From positions 1,612,001 through 1,676,000 of the forward strand of contig NC_089433.1 in the NCBI RefSeq assembly GCF_026210795.1: 64,000 nucleotides of DNA, written 5' to 3'. The notes beneath the pieces were generated by a model. That model was not told where the DNA came from, ran no database searches, and saw only the letters and a program-made list of their open reading frames with translations. Positions within the stretch are counted from its first letter, which is position 1. Each line of letters begins with the position of its first letter. This stretch comes from Rhizophagus irregularis. Its lineage: Eukaryota. The translations under genes and the position numbers were made by a program. This document shows, one piece after another, positions 14,000 to 28,384 of this stretch.

Positions 14000-15833
14000 A
14001 TAATTCGGGGTTATTTATACCACATCTGTCGAAGTTTGTATTTTGTTACTTATTTTGTGCAAGACTTTGGGTGTAAAATTTAAAAATCAAAATATTTTAT
14101 TGTTGTAATATAATAGATGAAACATTTGCGAGAGTTTTAGAATATCTTTAACGAAGCCAATTAATATTTTTCTTCATTAGTTATAATTAGACAATCTAAA
14201 AGCGTATTTTACAAAAACTAACAATTATTTTTATATATTTGTTTATTTGTGTTAAGATTGATCTATTTTATTAATTTCATTTTTTTTTAAAACAATCATT
14301 AAATTCAATAAAAGAATTTTACCGCCATAACAACATGAGTCTAGGTCATAACTTATAGTTTGATAAGGTAATTACTCATAAGCATTAAGCGCCATTTTGT
14401 CTAAAATAAATCAATTAGCATGATCGAATGATCCGCTTTAACAAAGTGAAACTAACATAAAAATGAGAGGTAATTGTTAACTTTAACAAATCGCGACGCG
14501 CAGTATATGATGATTGTGTGACGTGAAATATTGGTCAGAACCAACGCATACATTCCATATTCGTTACATTAGTTATTTATATTAACCTTATTTAAAAAAC
14601 TATTCTAGCTACGACAACCCTAAGTTTATTTACACTTCAGATCACCCACGCCCGATATTTTTCTTATTGCAAAGCCATATAAATTACTTAATAAGACGGC
14701 AAATTAATAATTAACTCGCTAAAAAAAAATTATATAACCAATAATCATATAATGATTTACTTATCAAATTTACATATTGTATCAATTCATATCGTATTCA
14801 ATGTGAACATGATGCAAGTAGCTTTAAAAGTTGTAGATTAACGATTTAAGTAATGGTGGCTTACTAAACACCGAAACATCATAATCCGTTATAGATATAA
14901 AAAAAGATGCGTCAGATGCGGATATGCAAAACTTGTCATCTTTTGGCTAAGGAATTTTGGTATTCTTTTATATACAGTATTATTTATCAACTTTGTTCGC
15001 AAAAAAAAAATAAATCTTGTCCCATTTCTTCTTTGCTCCCCTTTGCGCATTCTAAAATTTAGTGGGTCCTCTTTTTTTTCATAACCACATACACTTTTTT
15101 TTGTTCTTTATTCGACAAAAGTTCTTCATTTCATATTTCACCTTTTTACGCTTGCGCTTCTTACTTTTAAAGGGGAGTAAAAAAGAAATCCAAACCTTTC
15201 GAGGTGCTATTTTTAAAGTAGAATTATTATTTTATTAAAACAAAATTCTTGTTTTCGTTGGGACAATTTTTAATAACAATAGAATAAAAATAGAAAAACT
15301 TTGCACTATAACCATAAGTCCATAACCCTTTATTTCAAAACATACCATAAACATTATTTTGTATCCACTTTTTTTTACGCGGTTGCTATTTCTCAAAAAC
15401 AAATAGTGTAAAAGAAAAAAAAATCGAAAAAAAAGGAAATAAAAAAAAGAATCCCGAATATTTCGGATATTTCAAAAGAAAAAAAAATTAGTCTGTCATT
15501 GTGTCTTTATTATTGGTATATATATTATACCCTTTGTTTCATTTTCATTTCCTCGTGTGATATTTATAATTCCTTTCTTTTATAAAGAAAAAAAATTAAT
15601 TTTTTTTCTTTCCAAAATCAATTATTTAAAAATATACACACACACATATATTTAAATTTATAAGGTAAAACGAAACTTTAATTTTTTATTTTAAAAAATT
15701 TTTTTTTCTGAAAATTATTTTTTTTTTTTTGACAATTTTTCTCTCGGATCAAATAATTATCAACAGTTAAAAATTATTCAGTATCCGTAGTGACGCTAAA
15801 ATTCGAATTGTTTCTTACCGAAAATCACTGATA

Positions 15834-17584
15834 ATGTCTGTAAAAGCGATGCAAATCTTGTCCGATTCATCAAAAAGTATCGTTTCAGAAAAAGGAGCAA
15901 GATCATCTTATGATAATGTGATTTTTAATTCTCCACCAGCTGAAATTAAAAAACGACATACATGTGGCAGTGCTCAAGGAAGTCCACATCCAATGTTTCA
16001 TACCACTTCTTTCTCAACATCATCTCCGTCTATACCATCATATACACTTCCTGAACATTCTTATTCTGCTCCAACTTTACAAACCAATATTCAAACCAAT
16101 ATTCAGAGTTCTAATGCAATTGATTCAACGTCAGATAATATTTTGACTACATCAGATCTAAAGTCGCAACAACAAAACAATGACAAAATTACTACAACCA
16201 AATCATCTGAAAAAAAGCTTTTACCATCAGATCTACCAAAAATTGCTACGCATTTTGTTCAAGAACCAACAATTTCTTCCGAATTTCTAAAGAAGTCTCA
16301 ACATCAACGTGTTGCTTCGGACGATTCATTAGCGTCATTGACTGCATTACCAAGTCCTGCTACTTCAGTTAATGACTTTCCCATTGCGCATAATGTAAAA
16401 CACGTGCCACTGGCTCATAAAATAAGTTCATCGCATTTAAATGTTGATAGTAAAAATTATCCACATCATCTTTCACATTTTGAAGGTCATTTACAAAACG
16501 ATCATCCAGAAAAAGATCATCATACAAATCACTTAAGCGATAATGGACCAATATTTGCACATGATACATTACAACGAAGATTATCGAAATTTGGATTATC
16601 AAACACTACGGAATTAATCGGTCATTATGCGATCTTAGAGACAATTGGTACAGGGGCTTTTTCTGAAGTCAAATTAGCGGTAGATTTGAATGGTTGTAGA
16701 AATGTTGCAATTAAAATGATTTCAACGAAAGGAATTGAAGATAGTGAAAGATTAAAGACTAGCATATTGAGAGAGGTCGAAATTTTGAAGGTGAATTTAA
16801 ATTATTTAATTACTTAACAATACTTTAAAAAGATCGAGATTATTTCATACTTAAAAAATTTATTCGAAATTTTTTATGAATCTTTTTTTTAACAATTTCG
16901 TTTTTTTTATAGTATATTGATCATCCAAACATTGTTAAACTTTTGGATACCGTTGAAACGTCAACACATTATTGCCTTATTCTTGAATATGTTTCAGGAG
17001 GAGAACTATTTGATTATGTAAATGATCATTACGAAAATTCAAATGAAGATGAAAGTAAACGCATATTTATTCAATTAGTAAACATTTTAGAATATTTACA
17101 CGAAAACAATATTGTGCATCGTGATTTAAAATTAGAAAATATTTTAATAGATTCATCAAATCAATCATCAAATGGACCAATCATTAAATTAACAGATTTT
17201 GGATTGGCAAAGTTTATTGATAAATCACCTATATTAACAGCACGATGTGGGTCAGAGGAATATGCAGCACCTGAATTAATGTCAGGAAAACTCTACGATG
17301 GACGTAAGACCGATTTGTGGTCTTTAGGAGTTGTTTTATACGCTTTATTGGTTGGGTATTTACCTTTTAATTTAGAAGCTGGTCAAACAAGAAGACAATT
17401 TTTTAGTAGAATCCTTAGAGCTGATTTTACTTTTCCGAATAGTGAAAAAGAGACAGGTAGAAAGTCTATGATTAGTAATGAAGCCAAAGATCTTGTTAAA
17501 AAAATTTTACAAGTTAATCCTCAAAAACGTCTTAGTTTAAGCGAAATTAAAAATCATTCCTGGTTAAAAGGTGTTGCTGTTTAA
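15834..17584 (+). CDS. Ser/Thr protein kinase, CAMK group (Prr1/Nim1-like), with long S/H-rich N-terminus
   Basis: Exons 15834-16790 and 16913-17584. Motifs IGTGAFSEVK, VAIK, HRDLKLEN, DFGLA, RCGSEEYAAPE, DLWSLG. Confidence 0.92.
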
Positions 17585-18032
17585 GTATTAGAATTAAGAT
17601 CGTTTTAGAGGGAGGATATTATTTTTTTACTTTTTTATCTTCTTTCCTTTCTTTTTTTTTTACTTAAAATAGACTATGGAGAACAATTGATACATATAAC
17701 ATTTTTTTTTATACGTTTAAAATGTGTGTATATATATATTACCGTTCATTTTCAAAAAGTTGTATCATTTCGTTAATATTTAACGTATCATAATAAAGAA
17801 AATTGATTTAATTTTTGAATGTTAAAAAATGTTTTTTTTTAATTGACAAAAAAAAAAATATACAACATTTTAGATACAATTTTGATTGATGGATACATTG
17901 TCCAATTTAAGTTGGCGATGTTTCCCGATTGAAATTAGTACAATAAATAAATATACACAAGAAAAAAAAACACGTAATTTACAGGTTTAAGGTAAAAAAT
18001 ACACAATAAGATAAAATACAAAGGTGTTTTCT

Positions 18033-19886
18033 TTATATAAAAGAATGTTTGTTGAAAGTATCCGTAGGATTATCATTATTAGTTTTAGTTTGAGAAGTAG
18101 AATTAGTCATAATAGAAGTATTACTACCACGTCTAGATTGAGGAATATAAGCAAGTGAAGGTAATAAAGCCTCAGAATCATCTTGACTAATTTGTCTTTG
18201 ATGATACTGATTAGTGTGTTGTCTTTGTGGTTGAGTGAATTGTCTATGTGGTTGATTAAATTGTCTTTGATCTTGTAATTGTATAGGTAAAGGAGGAACA
18301 TCAGGAATTTCTTCAATAATAGGAGTAGTAGGAGATGAATTATTATTATTTGTAAAAGTAGAACATTTTGAACAATTACTACCATTATTATTGTTGTTGT
18401 TGTTATTATTATGACCAGTAACCATATTAGCCCATTCAAAAAAAGTCAGCCGTTGCATTGAAACCACCACAAATTTTCCTTTATCTAATTGATAAGAAGC
18501 TGTATGTCTTAAGGTATCAGTAGGTCTTCTTATTTGTCTAGTAGGTGAATTAGGTTGAACAGAATTTTGATTATTTGATGATTGATTATGTTGTGGAGAA
18601 GTTGGAGTAGTAGGAGAAGAAGTAGTAGTAGTAAACCATGAATGAGTATTATTATTACGAGGACGATTTGAAATATTATTAATATTATTTGAACTTGTAG
18701 TTCTTTGTAATATTCTATTATAAATAGAAGAGACACTTCTAGAAGAAACTTGATTTCTTGAAGAAGGGATAGAAATTACGGTTGTAGGAAGATTATTATT
18801 ATTATTTCCAATAATCCCATTACCATCTCTATTTAACCAATCCAATTCATTTTGATTAAATTCATTTAAATTCCTTCCTTCAATAACTTTAACAATTTCA
18901 GCATCAACAGTTATTAAATAAGATTGAGAGATAGTAACAAAACATAATAAAGATTCTATAATAATAATATTAATCTCATGATTAAATAAAGTTAAAACAG
19001 TTATCCCATTATATAAAAAATCTATAACTAAACGAAGAAAATTCCAATATAATACAGCAGTGAATAAACTAGTACGTCTAGATGGAGAATTATCACGACC
19101 AATTATAGAAGTTACTTCAGCTGAATTACGATTCCCATCATTTAAAATTTGTACCAAACGTATAGTAACAAAAATGTCGATTATAAAATCCAAACAGATA
19201 AAACCCAATTGAAAAAAAGTTGATTTTTCATTAACTATTTTACAAGAAATTTCAATACCTCCAGCCAAAGTAGATGGATAACGAAATATACTTATAGCCA
19301 AAATATTTAATATTGTTCTAATAAAAAATAGTCCAAAACTTATCCACCTATCCCAAGTAGAATATTCAATTTGTTTAAGTCTCCATAATAAAAAAGCTGA
19401 TAATGATGATCTATAAAAAAAGTTTGATAGAGCGTTTAAATCATTTAATAATGGACATTGAGCCACTACCATTATTGTTACATAAGTTATTACGCTACGT
19501 GATACTCCGCTTAAATTAAATATTATTTTTAACATATTTGATACATTTACATTAGGATGGCCGGATTTATACAAAAATATCGATACGAAAACATTATGAA
19601 AATATGCCTAAAATTTGAAGGTGGAAAAGAGGGTGGTGGGAGAGAGAAGAAAAAGAGAGCGAAAGAAGTCGAGCGAAGAGAGTGAGAAGAAAGAAGGAGT
19701 GAAGGAAGTGAGGGAAGTGAGGGAAGTGAAAAAAAAGAAGTAGAGGAAAGAATAAAGATAAAAAAGAGAGAAAAAAGGTTAGCATTGATCATTGAATGAA
19801 TTATAGTTTAATAAAGAATTTTAACTTACCATCGATGCTAAACCCAGTAAGAATGATACTAGGTGACTAAGATATTGTAATTCCAT
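18033..19886 (-). CDS. Multi-pass membrane protein, GPCR-like (6-7 TM) with long N/S/T/Q-rich cytoplasmic tail
   Basis: Exon 1 (19886-19830, MELQYLSHLVSFLLGLASM) splices to exon 2 (19607-18033, AYFHNVFVSIFLYKSG...). There are successive hydrophobic segments and a FLLWRL motif after TM3. Confidence 0.75.
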
Positions 19887-21411
19887 TATTTATATAAATT
19901 TCGTTTTTCGTTTTTGTGATCAACACAGAAATATAATTTTTTTGAGCGAAATTTTTTTAAGAATTTTTAAGAAACTTTTTCTTTTCGAACCGATTTAATT
20001 TGAAAATAAAAATTTAATCGGCTAATTTTTTTTATAAAATAAGAAAATTTTTTTTTTATATACAAATTTAAAACCTTTCCGTTTTGATTACAATGCAGAA
20101 AAAAAAAATAAGGGGATGGGGGGAAAAAGGATAATCAATTGTTTAAAAAAAAAAAGAAAAAAAAATAATAATAATATTTTCATTAATAAAATAAAATGAA
20201 CATGATAAAATATAAAAGTAAATATATATATATATAAGTATATAAAATATATATAAAATATAAAAGATGAAATTTTTTTTTTCTTTTTTTTTTAGAAGAA
20301 GAGAAGCATCAATTGTTTCAATAATCTGGACATTAAATACTTTTTATACATTTTTATACAAATCTTAAAAAGGGAAAACACAGAAAAAATAAATTCCGAA
20401 CATACATCTATTTTATTTTACCTAGTAAGTAAATATCCACAAACTAAGACAATCATAACCATTCTCTGAATTAATACGAATCCTTTTAATCGAGTTTTAA
20501 ACTGTTTAAGAAAAATTTATTTGATTTCAAAATTACAATTACGGAAGTTTATTACTGTTTTTACTATAAAATGAAATATACTAATATATTTTGGAAGATC
20601 ATTGAAAAAAAAGGGTTTTCCTTTTAAAAAATATGTTGCGATTGCGCCAAAACTTTATTTGTTTCCCTCCCACCCCTGTAGTAAAGTAAAATCTTTTTGA
20701 TGACGAAAATTAATTTCTTTAACTCAGATAATATGAAACAATTATTATTTCGTCGTACAATTAACATAATATAAACAAGTTTAGGGATGAACAATGGATA
20801 TTTTGATATTAGGGAAAATAAAGTTGCTTTTTTATTATTATGATATAAGTATTATCTTTAATGATAATAAACCTAATAATAGATTTTTGTACCATATCAT
20901 GTGATCATGTGATTTTCAAAAATTCCATAATTCAATTTCTATTTCATGCCCCGAATTTTCGGTTTAAATCAGATGATGAGCCTTTATTACTTTCATTGCT
21001 TTATTTGCTCTAATCTGAAATTGAAAATTTAATTTATCTTTATTGATTCTGATTAAATGAGTAAACCTTAAATGCCAGATTTTTTCAAGTTCATAATGGC
21101 TGAGTATTTTGGGGGCTGTTCACTATAATTACTATAATCGCAATAATCTTCAAAGTACCCAATTTCCTTAGAATTTCTTAGTGGTCTTAATCTGCATATA
21201 TTCGAGCATCGCGAAAGAAAAGTTGTGTGACAATATCATTAAATTTTTAACACGTTACACTTGTGACTTGTTACACTGCTGCGATCTGCATCTTTTTGAA
21301 TCTTTGATGATGTGTTAGCTTTCTTACTAAGATACGCCTTTACTTAATTGTTAAAATAATAGATCTTTTTTTCGCTTTTATAAAAATCGTACGTTATTTA
21401 TTAAAATAATC

Positions 21412-23003
21412 ATGGGAGATGTTGATGTGATTAGTCTTCAACCGTTAAATCATAATAAAGAGGATAATTTTAATGCTTCACAACTGTCAACAGCAAGATC
21501 TACTTCTGTTGGAAGAGGAAGCGGTGATAGTGTAAAAGGTGCAGGTTCTGGGTTGATTTCCTCAAATTTGGGTATAAATTCATCAACTTCCAATACTTTA
21601 ACTACTATACCTCCAAATGATTCGGTGATAACAATAGATCGTCCAAATAATACGGTGTCAAATTTCTTATCAGAATTAGATACGAAAAGTAATGGTGAAT
21701 CACTTAATATTAGCTGGGAGGATATATTTAAAAATTTAAGTTATATATTAGCTTGGTATTTTTTTAGTACTGCGTTATCATTTTATAATAAGAATTTAAT
21801 GGGAAAAGAAAATTTCAATTTAAATTTACCTTTACTTATAAGTGCAATGCATACTGGTATGCATTTTATTATTACTTCAATTTTGATGAATGGTTATTGT
21901 TCTTGTATTTTTAAAAAACCCGAAGGTAAATCCGTTTCTGTTCGTTCTTATTTTACTCGTGTGGTAAGTTAAAATCTTTTTAATTAAATAGAAGGGAGAA
22001 CAACATTTCAAATGTGAGGTGATTTTTTTTTTTTTTATGATAAATCAAGTGATTATAATTAATTAGGTTCCTTGTGCCATAGCATCAGCGTTGGAAATAT
22101 GTATGGCAAATGCTTCTTTTGTATTTATCACTCTAAGTTTTTATACTATGGTAAATATTACTAAAAGTAAAAATTATTATTATTTATTGTTGTTATTTTT
22201 ATTATTTTGAAGTTTTATTAAATCCCTACTCTTTGATTAGATAAAATCTTCTACACCAATATGGGTATTAGTGTTTGCGTTTATATTTGGATTAGAACAA
22301 CCAAGATTGATTCTTATTTTTATAATATCGATTATAAGTTTTGGGGTTATCTTAACGGTTGCGGGAGAAACAAAATTTAATTTAACGGGATTTCTTTTAG
22401 TATTAGGAGCGGCAATTGTAAGCGGATTAAGATGGTCATTAACACAAATGCTTTTACAAAAAGAAGAAGGAATGAATAATCCAGTAGCAACATTATATTA
22501 CGTTTCACCAATAATGTTCATTCTTATGATTATATTATCCTTAATATTTGAAAACCCTTTATTCATATTTAGAACTTCAAAACATTTTGAAGATGTTAAT
22601 ACAGGGATAGAAACTTTTTTATTGATGTTTTTGGGAGGATTTTTAGCTTTTTGTATGACTATTGCTGAATTTGCTCTCATTAAAAATACTAGTACTGTTA
22701 CTTTATCTGTTGCTGGTATTAGTAAAGAAATTCTTGTTATTTCTTTGTCTGTACTAATTTATCATGATGTATTAACTCCTATAAATCTGCTTGGGTATGT
22801 ATATGAATTTTCCTTAATATTTAATTTGATAATTTTAACGAATGAGTGAAATTAATTTAATTTACATACATATTTTTTTTAGGCTGGTTATATCCATTTT
22901 TGGAATTGCTGGATACAATTATTATAAAATACGTAAAACTAGTGAGGATAAGAAAGGTCGTTATCATGTTTTACCTTCTCATAAAAATGAATCATTGGAT
23001 TAA
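21412..23003 (+). CDS. Triose-phosphate/nucleotide-sugar transporter family protein (SLC35C2-like)
   Basis: WYFFSTALSFYNK, FYTMIKSSTPIWVLVFAFIFGLE, SGLRWSLTQMLL, TLSVAGISKE. Four exons; stop at 23001-23003. Confidence 0.9.
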
Positions 23004-23186
23004 CAATCAAAGGAGGAAATACTACAAATAGATTTATTAATTAGACATTTATTTTATAAATTGTTACCTTCAATTTTATGTATACATACAATTTCATCTT
23101 TCCATCAAAATGTTATGTAATTTTTATTAAAAAAAAAAGTAAATAACATTATAAACTTACAAGAAATAAAAAATTTACCCTTTCTT

Positions 23187-24508
23187 TTACATGTACCAAA
23201 CTTCGCTAGCAGTTTTATCATAATCAAAAATACTTTCAATGGTTTCACCTTCCCAAATAAAACCAGAAGCATTCCTATGTCCACCTCCACCAAATACTTT
23301 GGCAATTTGTGATACATCGGCTTTTTCATCTAAACTTCTTAGACTAACAACGTATTGTTTCTCTTTTGCATCATAATTCCAAACTAATCCAAAATCCGCA
23401 TCTTCTATTTTAGCTAATGCGTTCCCTAGTTCCGATTGCATTATTATACTATTTATAATATATACTACAAATTGTTTGGTAACAGATTGTGGAGGCTTAT
23501 TGGGCGAAGCGGGTAATTGATTTACTGTTAATGTTAGATTACGTTTTACAGCATGTTTTTCAACCAGCTGTTTTACTACTTCATTTTTATAATTTAATAT
23601 GTGTGTACCAGATTCTATTACTTTCTTGATCAATCCCTATTTATTTTCATATATAAAATTAAAATTGATAATTATTAATCACCACTATAAATCACTTTTA
23701 TACAAACCTCATCTTTAACATATTGATCATAAGTTTCAAATTCCCTTGGTACGTTATGCCAATAAGCAGAAAATTCTTTCGTATTAGGCAACGCAAATCT
23801 CCACAAATCCTAATAAAAAATTTTAAATTAAAAATTATAACCACATTCCTCAATGAAACAAATAATAATAAATAATACCAAAAAAACTTAAAATGCTCAC
23901 TTTATCTTCAATATGACGAATTAGTAAAGGAACTTCTTTATTAGGATAAAAAAATTCCCAAGCTAATCTAGCACCACTTTTATCCATATCAAAATGATAA
24001 TTCCGTTCTTTTTCATCTCCCCTTCCAATTAATTCTCCTTTAGCAGTAATATGATGATCCACTATAATCAACAATTCGGCTTGTTTTTCAATTTCTTTAA
24101 TAATTGAATTGGAATATGAAAAATCAAACATTCCAATACGTTTTCCTTTGATTTCTGAATCAGAAGGTCTTTCTGCACCATGCGCTGCTGCAAAGTAGGT
24201 CGCGTTAGCACCAAGTCGAGTCCATGCTGAATAAGCTGCACCAAATCCATCAGCTAAGAATTATATAGTAGTTTACTTAATTAAAATGATTTTTTGATTT
24301 GATATAAAAAGTAAAAGGCTATGATAGTTGTACTTACAACAATCCTTGTGATATATGATATAATTCAAACTTCCGGGATCGACATGTGATAATATTTTTC
24401 CCGAATTATTCTGTATTTTTATATTTAAATTTAATGACCAAAATTTTTTCAAAGAAAAAAAAATATAATAAGAAAATTTTAATTAATAAATACCGTTGAG
24501 GTAGACAT
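23187..24508 (-). CDS. DHH/DHHA1 family phosphoesterase (NrnB/nano-RNase-like)
   Basis: The spliced product has IIYHKDCSDGFGAAYSAW, FDFS, IVDHH, IEDKDLWRF, VSLRS and FGGGGHRNASGF. Probable short first exon MSTST at 24508. Confidence 0.88.
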
Positions 24509-24800
24509 CCTACGATATTTAAAAAATAATTTGAAAGTTGTTTTAAAAGAAAACGTAAAAGAATTTATTTGATAAACTCTAAACATAGGGATTAAGGAAT
24601 TTTATTTTTATCAACGATAAAAAATATATTTGTCTACTGTTGTTCCATTGCACAAAAAGTCAAAATTGGAGGATCGTCATACTAAAAAACCTAATTTCAT
24701 TATCTCATCTGAAATAATTATCAGCAAATCAGCAATGACCTTTACTCGGAAAATGGGAAAATGATTAAAAATTTAACCACGCTCCTTCCCTGTTAAAACA

Positions 24801-27800
24801 ATGTTTCGAATCCTTCAAAATCAAACGACAAACTCAAAGATAATACTTTCTCGTAGTGAAATTAATTGTACATATAATCCAATATCAAATTTTTCTCGTT
24901 TCTTTATCTTTTCTCACGTACAAAAACAACGAGTTTTCGCGCGTAATAAGTTATTTGCTTTTTTAGCAGGCGTATGTTGTTTTTTATTTTCAAAAATAAA
25001 GTATATCGTATAAAATTTTTTTTTTTAAAAAAAAGGATTATCATCATTTAATAGACTGAAGAAGTCGAAAATGGACAACTTTATTTTGACAATTATGATA
25101 ATATGAGAATTACTACTCCCGTAAGGTGGCCTATTGATGTTAGACGTTTTGTAAGTGGACCGAGCGAAGAAAAACTAATGGAAAAATTAAAATCAGGAGA
25201 GTGGATTCCTACCGAGAGTGAAATGCCTCACAATTTCAAGATTGAAGGAGTAAAAATAAGGTATGTTTAATAGAATAATGTTAATTTTCATTTTTTCCTT
25301 ATCAAAATAATGAATTGAGATTACTATGTTAAGAAAAAAGGAGGATGGAATGTTTGTTGACTTTACTTTTCGAGCCAATCAATTTCAAAAAGAGAAGGCA
25401 TTGGAAGAAATAATTGAACGAGTACAGACTTCTCTAAAAGAAAAACATGATGTACTATGGTTCAATGTTAATGCGTATTTGGTCAAGGTTCATATACTTT
25501 AATGATTATATTAATTAAATAATTTATTGGTAATTAATTTCAAGATGAAATTCTTTTCATTAGGGAGAGCCATTTATTGAGAATTTAGTTGATAGATACC
25601 CAGTAAGGTTAGGATATATATGGTTTAAAGTTTCTTGATCAAATATTTTTATGTATTCATTTAAAGTAATTCAATTATTGCAGCCGTTTACGGATCGAAT
25701 TTCAAGGACCGGATGTTTTAACCGTAAGTATTTTATCTTTAGCTTTATAGGAAAAATTATTATAATTATAAACATAAACAAATTGACATTATATATCCCA
25801 GGAAACCCTTTATAAATATCTCGAACCATATGGTTTAATTCGTGACATAAATCTTTTTCCAGCGTCTTCTAATTATATTTCAAGATATGCATTGGTACAA
25901 TACGTAAAAGTTAGATCAGCTATCTGCGCCAAAAATTGCTTACATGGAATGATTGTTGATGGCGCGAGATTTAATATCCTATATGATAGTCCCGTTGTAA
26001 GAATTTATTGTGATCAAGTTTAAACTTTTTTTAAAAAAAAATGTTGTATGTAATATGTTGACATCATATTATCAATTAGCGAATGTTCAGGATTTATAAA
26101 TGGATAATAAATCATCCGACACTTTCAACAATTTCGGTAGGTTTATGTTTTAATAAGTTGAACAATATATACAATATTTGTGTATTAATAATTATACTGC
26201 TTATATTACAAGATTCCACTTATTCCATTCGTTGCTGTTGCTGTAGTCGTCGGTATAACTTATGGCCTGAATTTTATCTGCTATATCTTTGTTAGAACAA
26301 GAATTGCATATTATCACTTGTATCAACAGCTTAGGGAGAAAACAAGTGGCCTATTTACGACTTTTCGTGAAAAACCAGAAGAGGAGATTTTTAATTTTAG
26401 TACAAAAGAACAAGAAGAAAAATTACAAAATTGGTTGAAAGATCCACCAGGTACTCTTTTTTTAAAAAAGGAAAAAAAATAGTTGTCATGTGAAATTGTT
26501 TCAATAACTAAGTGAACCAACCTTATATTTGTATTGATTAGACAATTTTATCGTTTTGCTTGGTCCAACTAATAGTGGTAAAAGTGCCCTTGTTAATAAA
26601 ATTTTACGAGGAAAGAGGTAAAAGTTTTTTACTTTGTCTAATTGAAATTACTTTTTTGTTGTCTAATTAACATAATTTCTAAATTATTAATAGGAATACA
26701 TTATATATAAAATGTGATGATATCATCGATTCTCGAAATAAAAATGAACGTGCTTTAGAATTAGCAAAACAAGTTGGATGCTCCTCTGCATTCAACCTTG
26801 TAATTTCCTTTTCAAATTTAGGGAGTTTATTGGCTAATGAAGTTATAGGACATAAAATATGTATTTATCAATTTTATCGATGAAAATAATTATGAAACTT
26901 TTGAACATTTAATAACATGAAATGTAATATTTTTTAGTTGGATTACCTTCAACTGTTGATGATCCTGTCAAGAAAGTCCTTGATTTGGTTGAAAATGCTT
27001 TATATAAGACCAGGAGATCACGGCGCGCTCAGAATTCTGAAAATGAATTTCCTATTGTAGTTATTGATGCTTATATGATTAAGTATAAGGAAAATCATGA
27101 TTTATGGGAACTTTTGATAAAATTTGCGAGTGAACTTGTTACAAACAAACTTGCTCACGTAGTATTCGTGAGTTCAAACATCGGTATTATCAATCATCTA
27201 GGAAATCAAGGTAAATTAACCTAATATTCTATCTTCTATAAACTTAGTTTATTATTAATATAAAAAAATTTTTTTTTTTTTAGCTCCTTCAATGCAAGTA
27301 AATACACTAGATTTGCATGAACCGGAAGAAGTTATTAATTTGGTGGACCAGTATGCACGTGACAAAAACATCGAAATTCCTGAAGGTTTGAAAGAAGCTG
27401 TTAGTAGCATTGGTATGCACTTAACAGATTTGGGACTTTTTATTGGCAAAATACGGAATGGAACAAAACCGGATGGTATTTAATTCATGGTTTACTATTA
27501 AATTCATTTTTTTTTTGTAATTTCTATTATTTATACCGTAATTAAATTATATATTTTCCTTGTAGATGCATTGAATAACCTTGTTAGTGAAGCAAAAGCT
27601 GATGTTTATAGAATTGCATTTCGTGACGATTTTGAACATGTAGCGAACAAGGAATGGAGTGATATTCAATTTTGGGAAATAATGAAAGGATTATCCAAAA
27701 AGGAATACGTATGTATATCAATACGTATATTTTTTAGCATAAAATATTTCATAATATGTGGATTTTTACTTTTTTTCTTCGTGTATATCTTGTAATTTGA

Positions 27801-28384
27801 TATTAATTTGTATAATAATAGTTATTTTATGATATTGTCAAATCTTCGCCGTTATTCGATGATGATGATACTCCCATCAAAGCTATGGAACGATCTGGAT
27901 TAATATCTATAACACTGTTACCAAAAGGTAAGAATTTATACATTATAATTATAGAGTTTTTATAAAATAGTTTTTAATTTATTAAATTAAATTTGTTAAT
28001 TTAGAATCTACAGTTTCTATAATAAAAGCTGGTAAACCACTTTACCAAAAAGTCTTTGCAGAAATAAGTTCTGATGAATTATTTGAAACAAAAATGAAAT
28101 ATAAAACGGCCCAATATTATTTAACACTTGAGAATAGTAAAATTAAAGAATATGAAGACGAACTTGAAAAATTGGTTAAAATAGATAGTAAATGGAATAA
28201 CAAATGGTCTAGTAGATGGTCATTTAGTTGGTTGTTTGGTAATGGTCATGAAGTCATTAATCATCGGGTTAAATTCTTGTTATTACAATTAAAGAAAAGC
28301 CTTGCACGTGCAAAGAAACATCAAAAACAAATTGATGAATTAAAACACAATTATGAATTAATACTTAATAGAAAAGGCAGTTAA
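24801..28384 (+). CDS. YME2: Divergent paralog of mitochondrial escape protein 2 (Yme2/Rna12: RRM + TM + AAA-like)
   Basis: Exon-by-exon similarity to the 30811-34400 gene: presequence MFRILQ, RRM, TM, Walker A GPTNSGKS, IVVIDAYM, AHVVFVSSN. The exons I checked are open. Confidence 0.8.

Noticed and set aside
19547..19792. ORFs of 81 and 63 aa rich in F/L/S/P
   Set aside because: They lie mostly within the pyrimidine-rich intron of the membrane-protein gene and are compositional artefacts.
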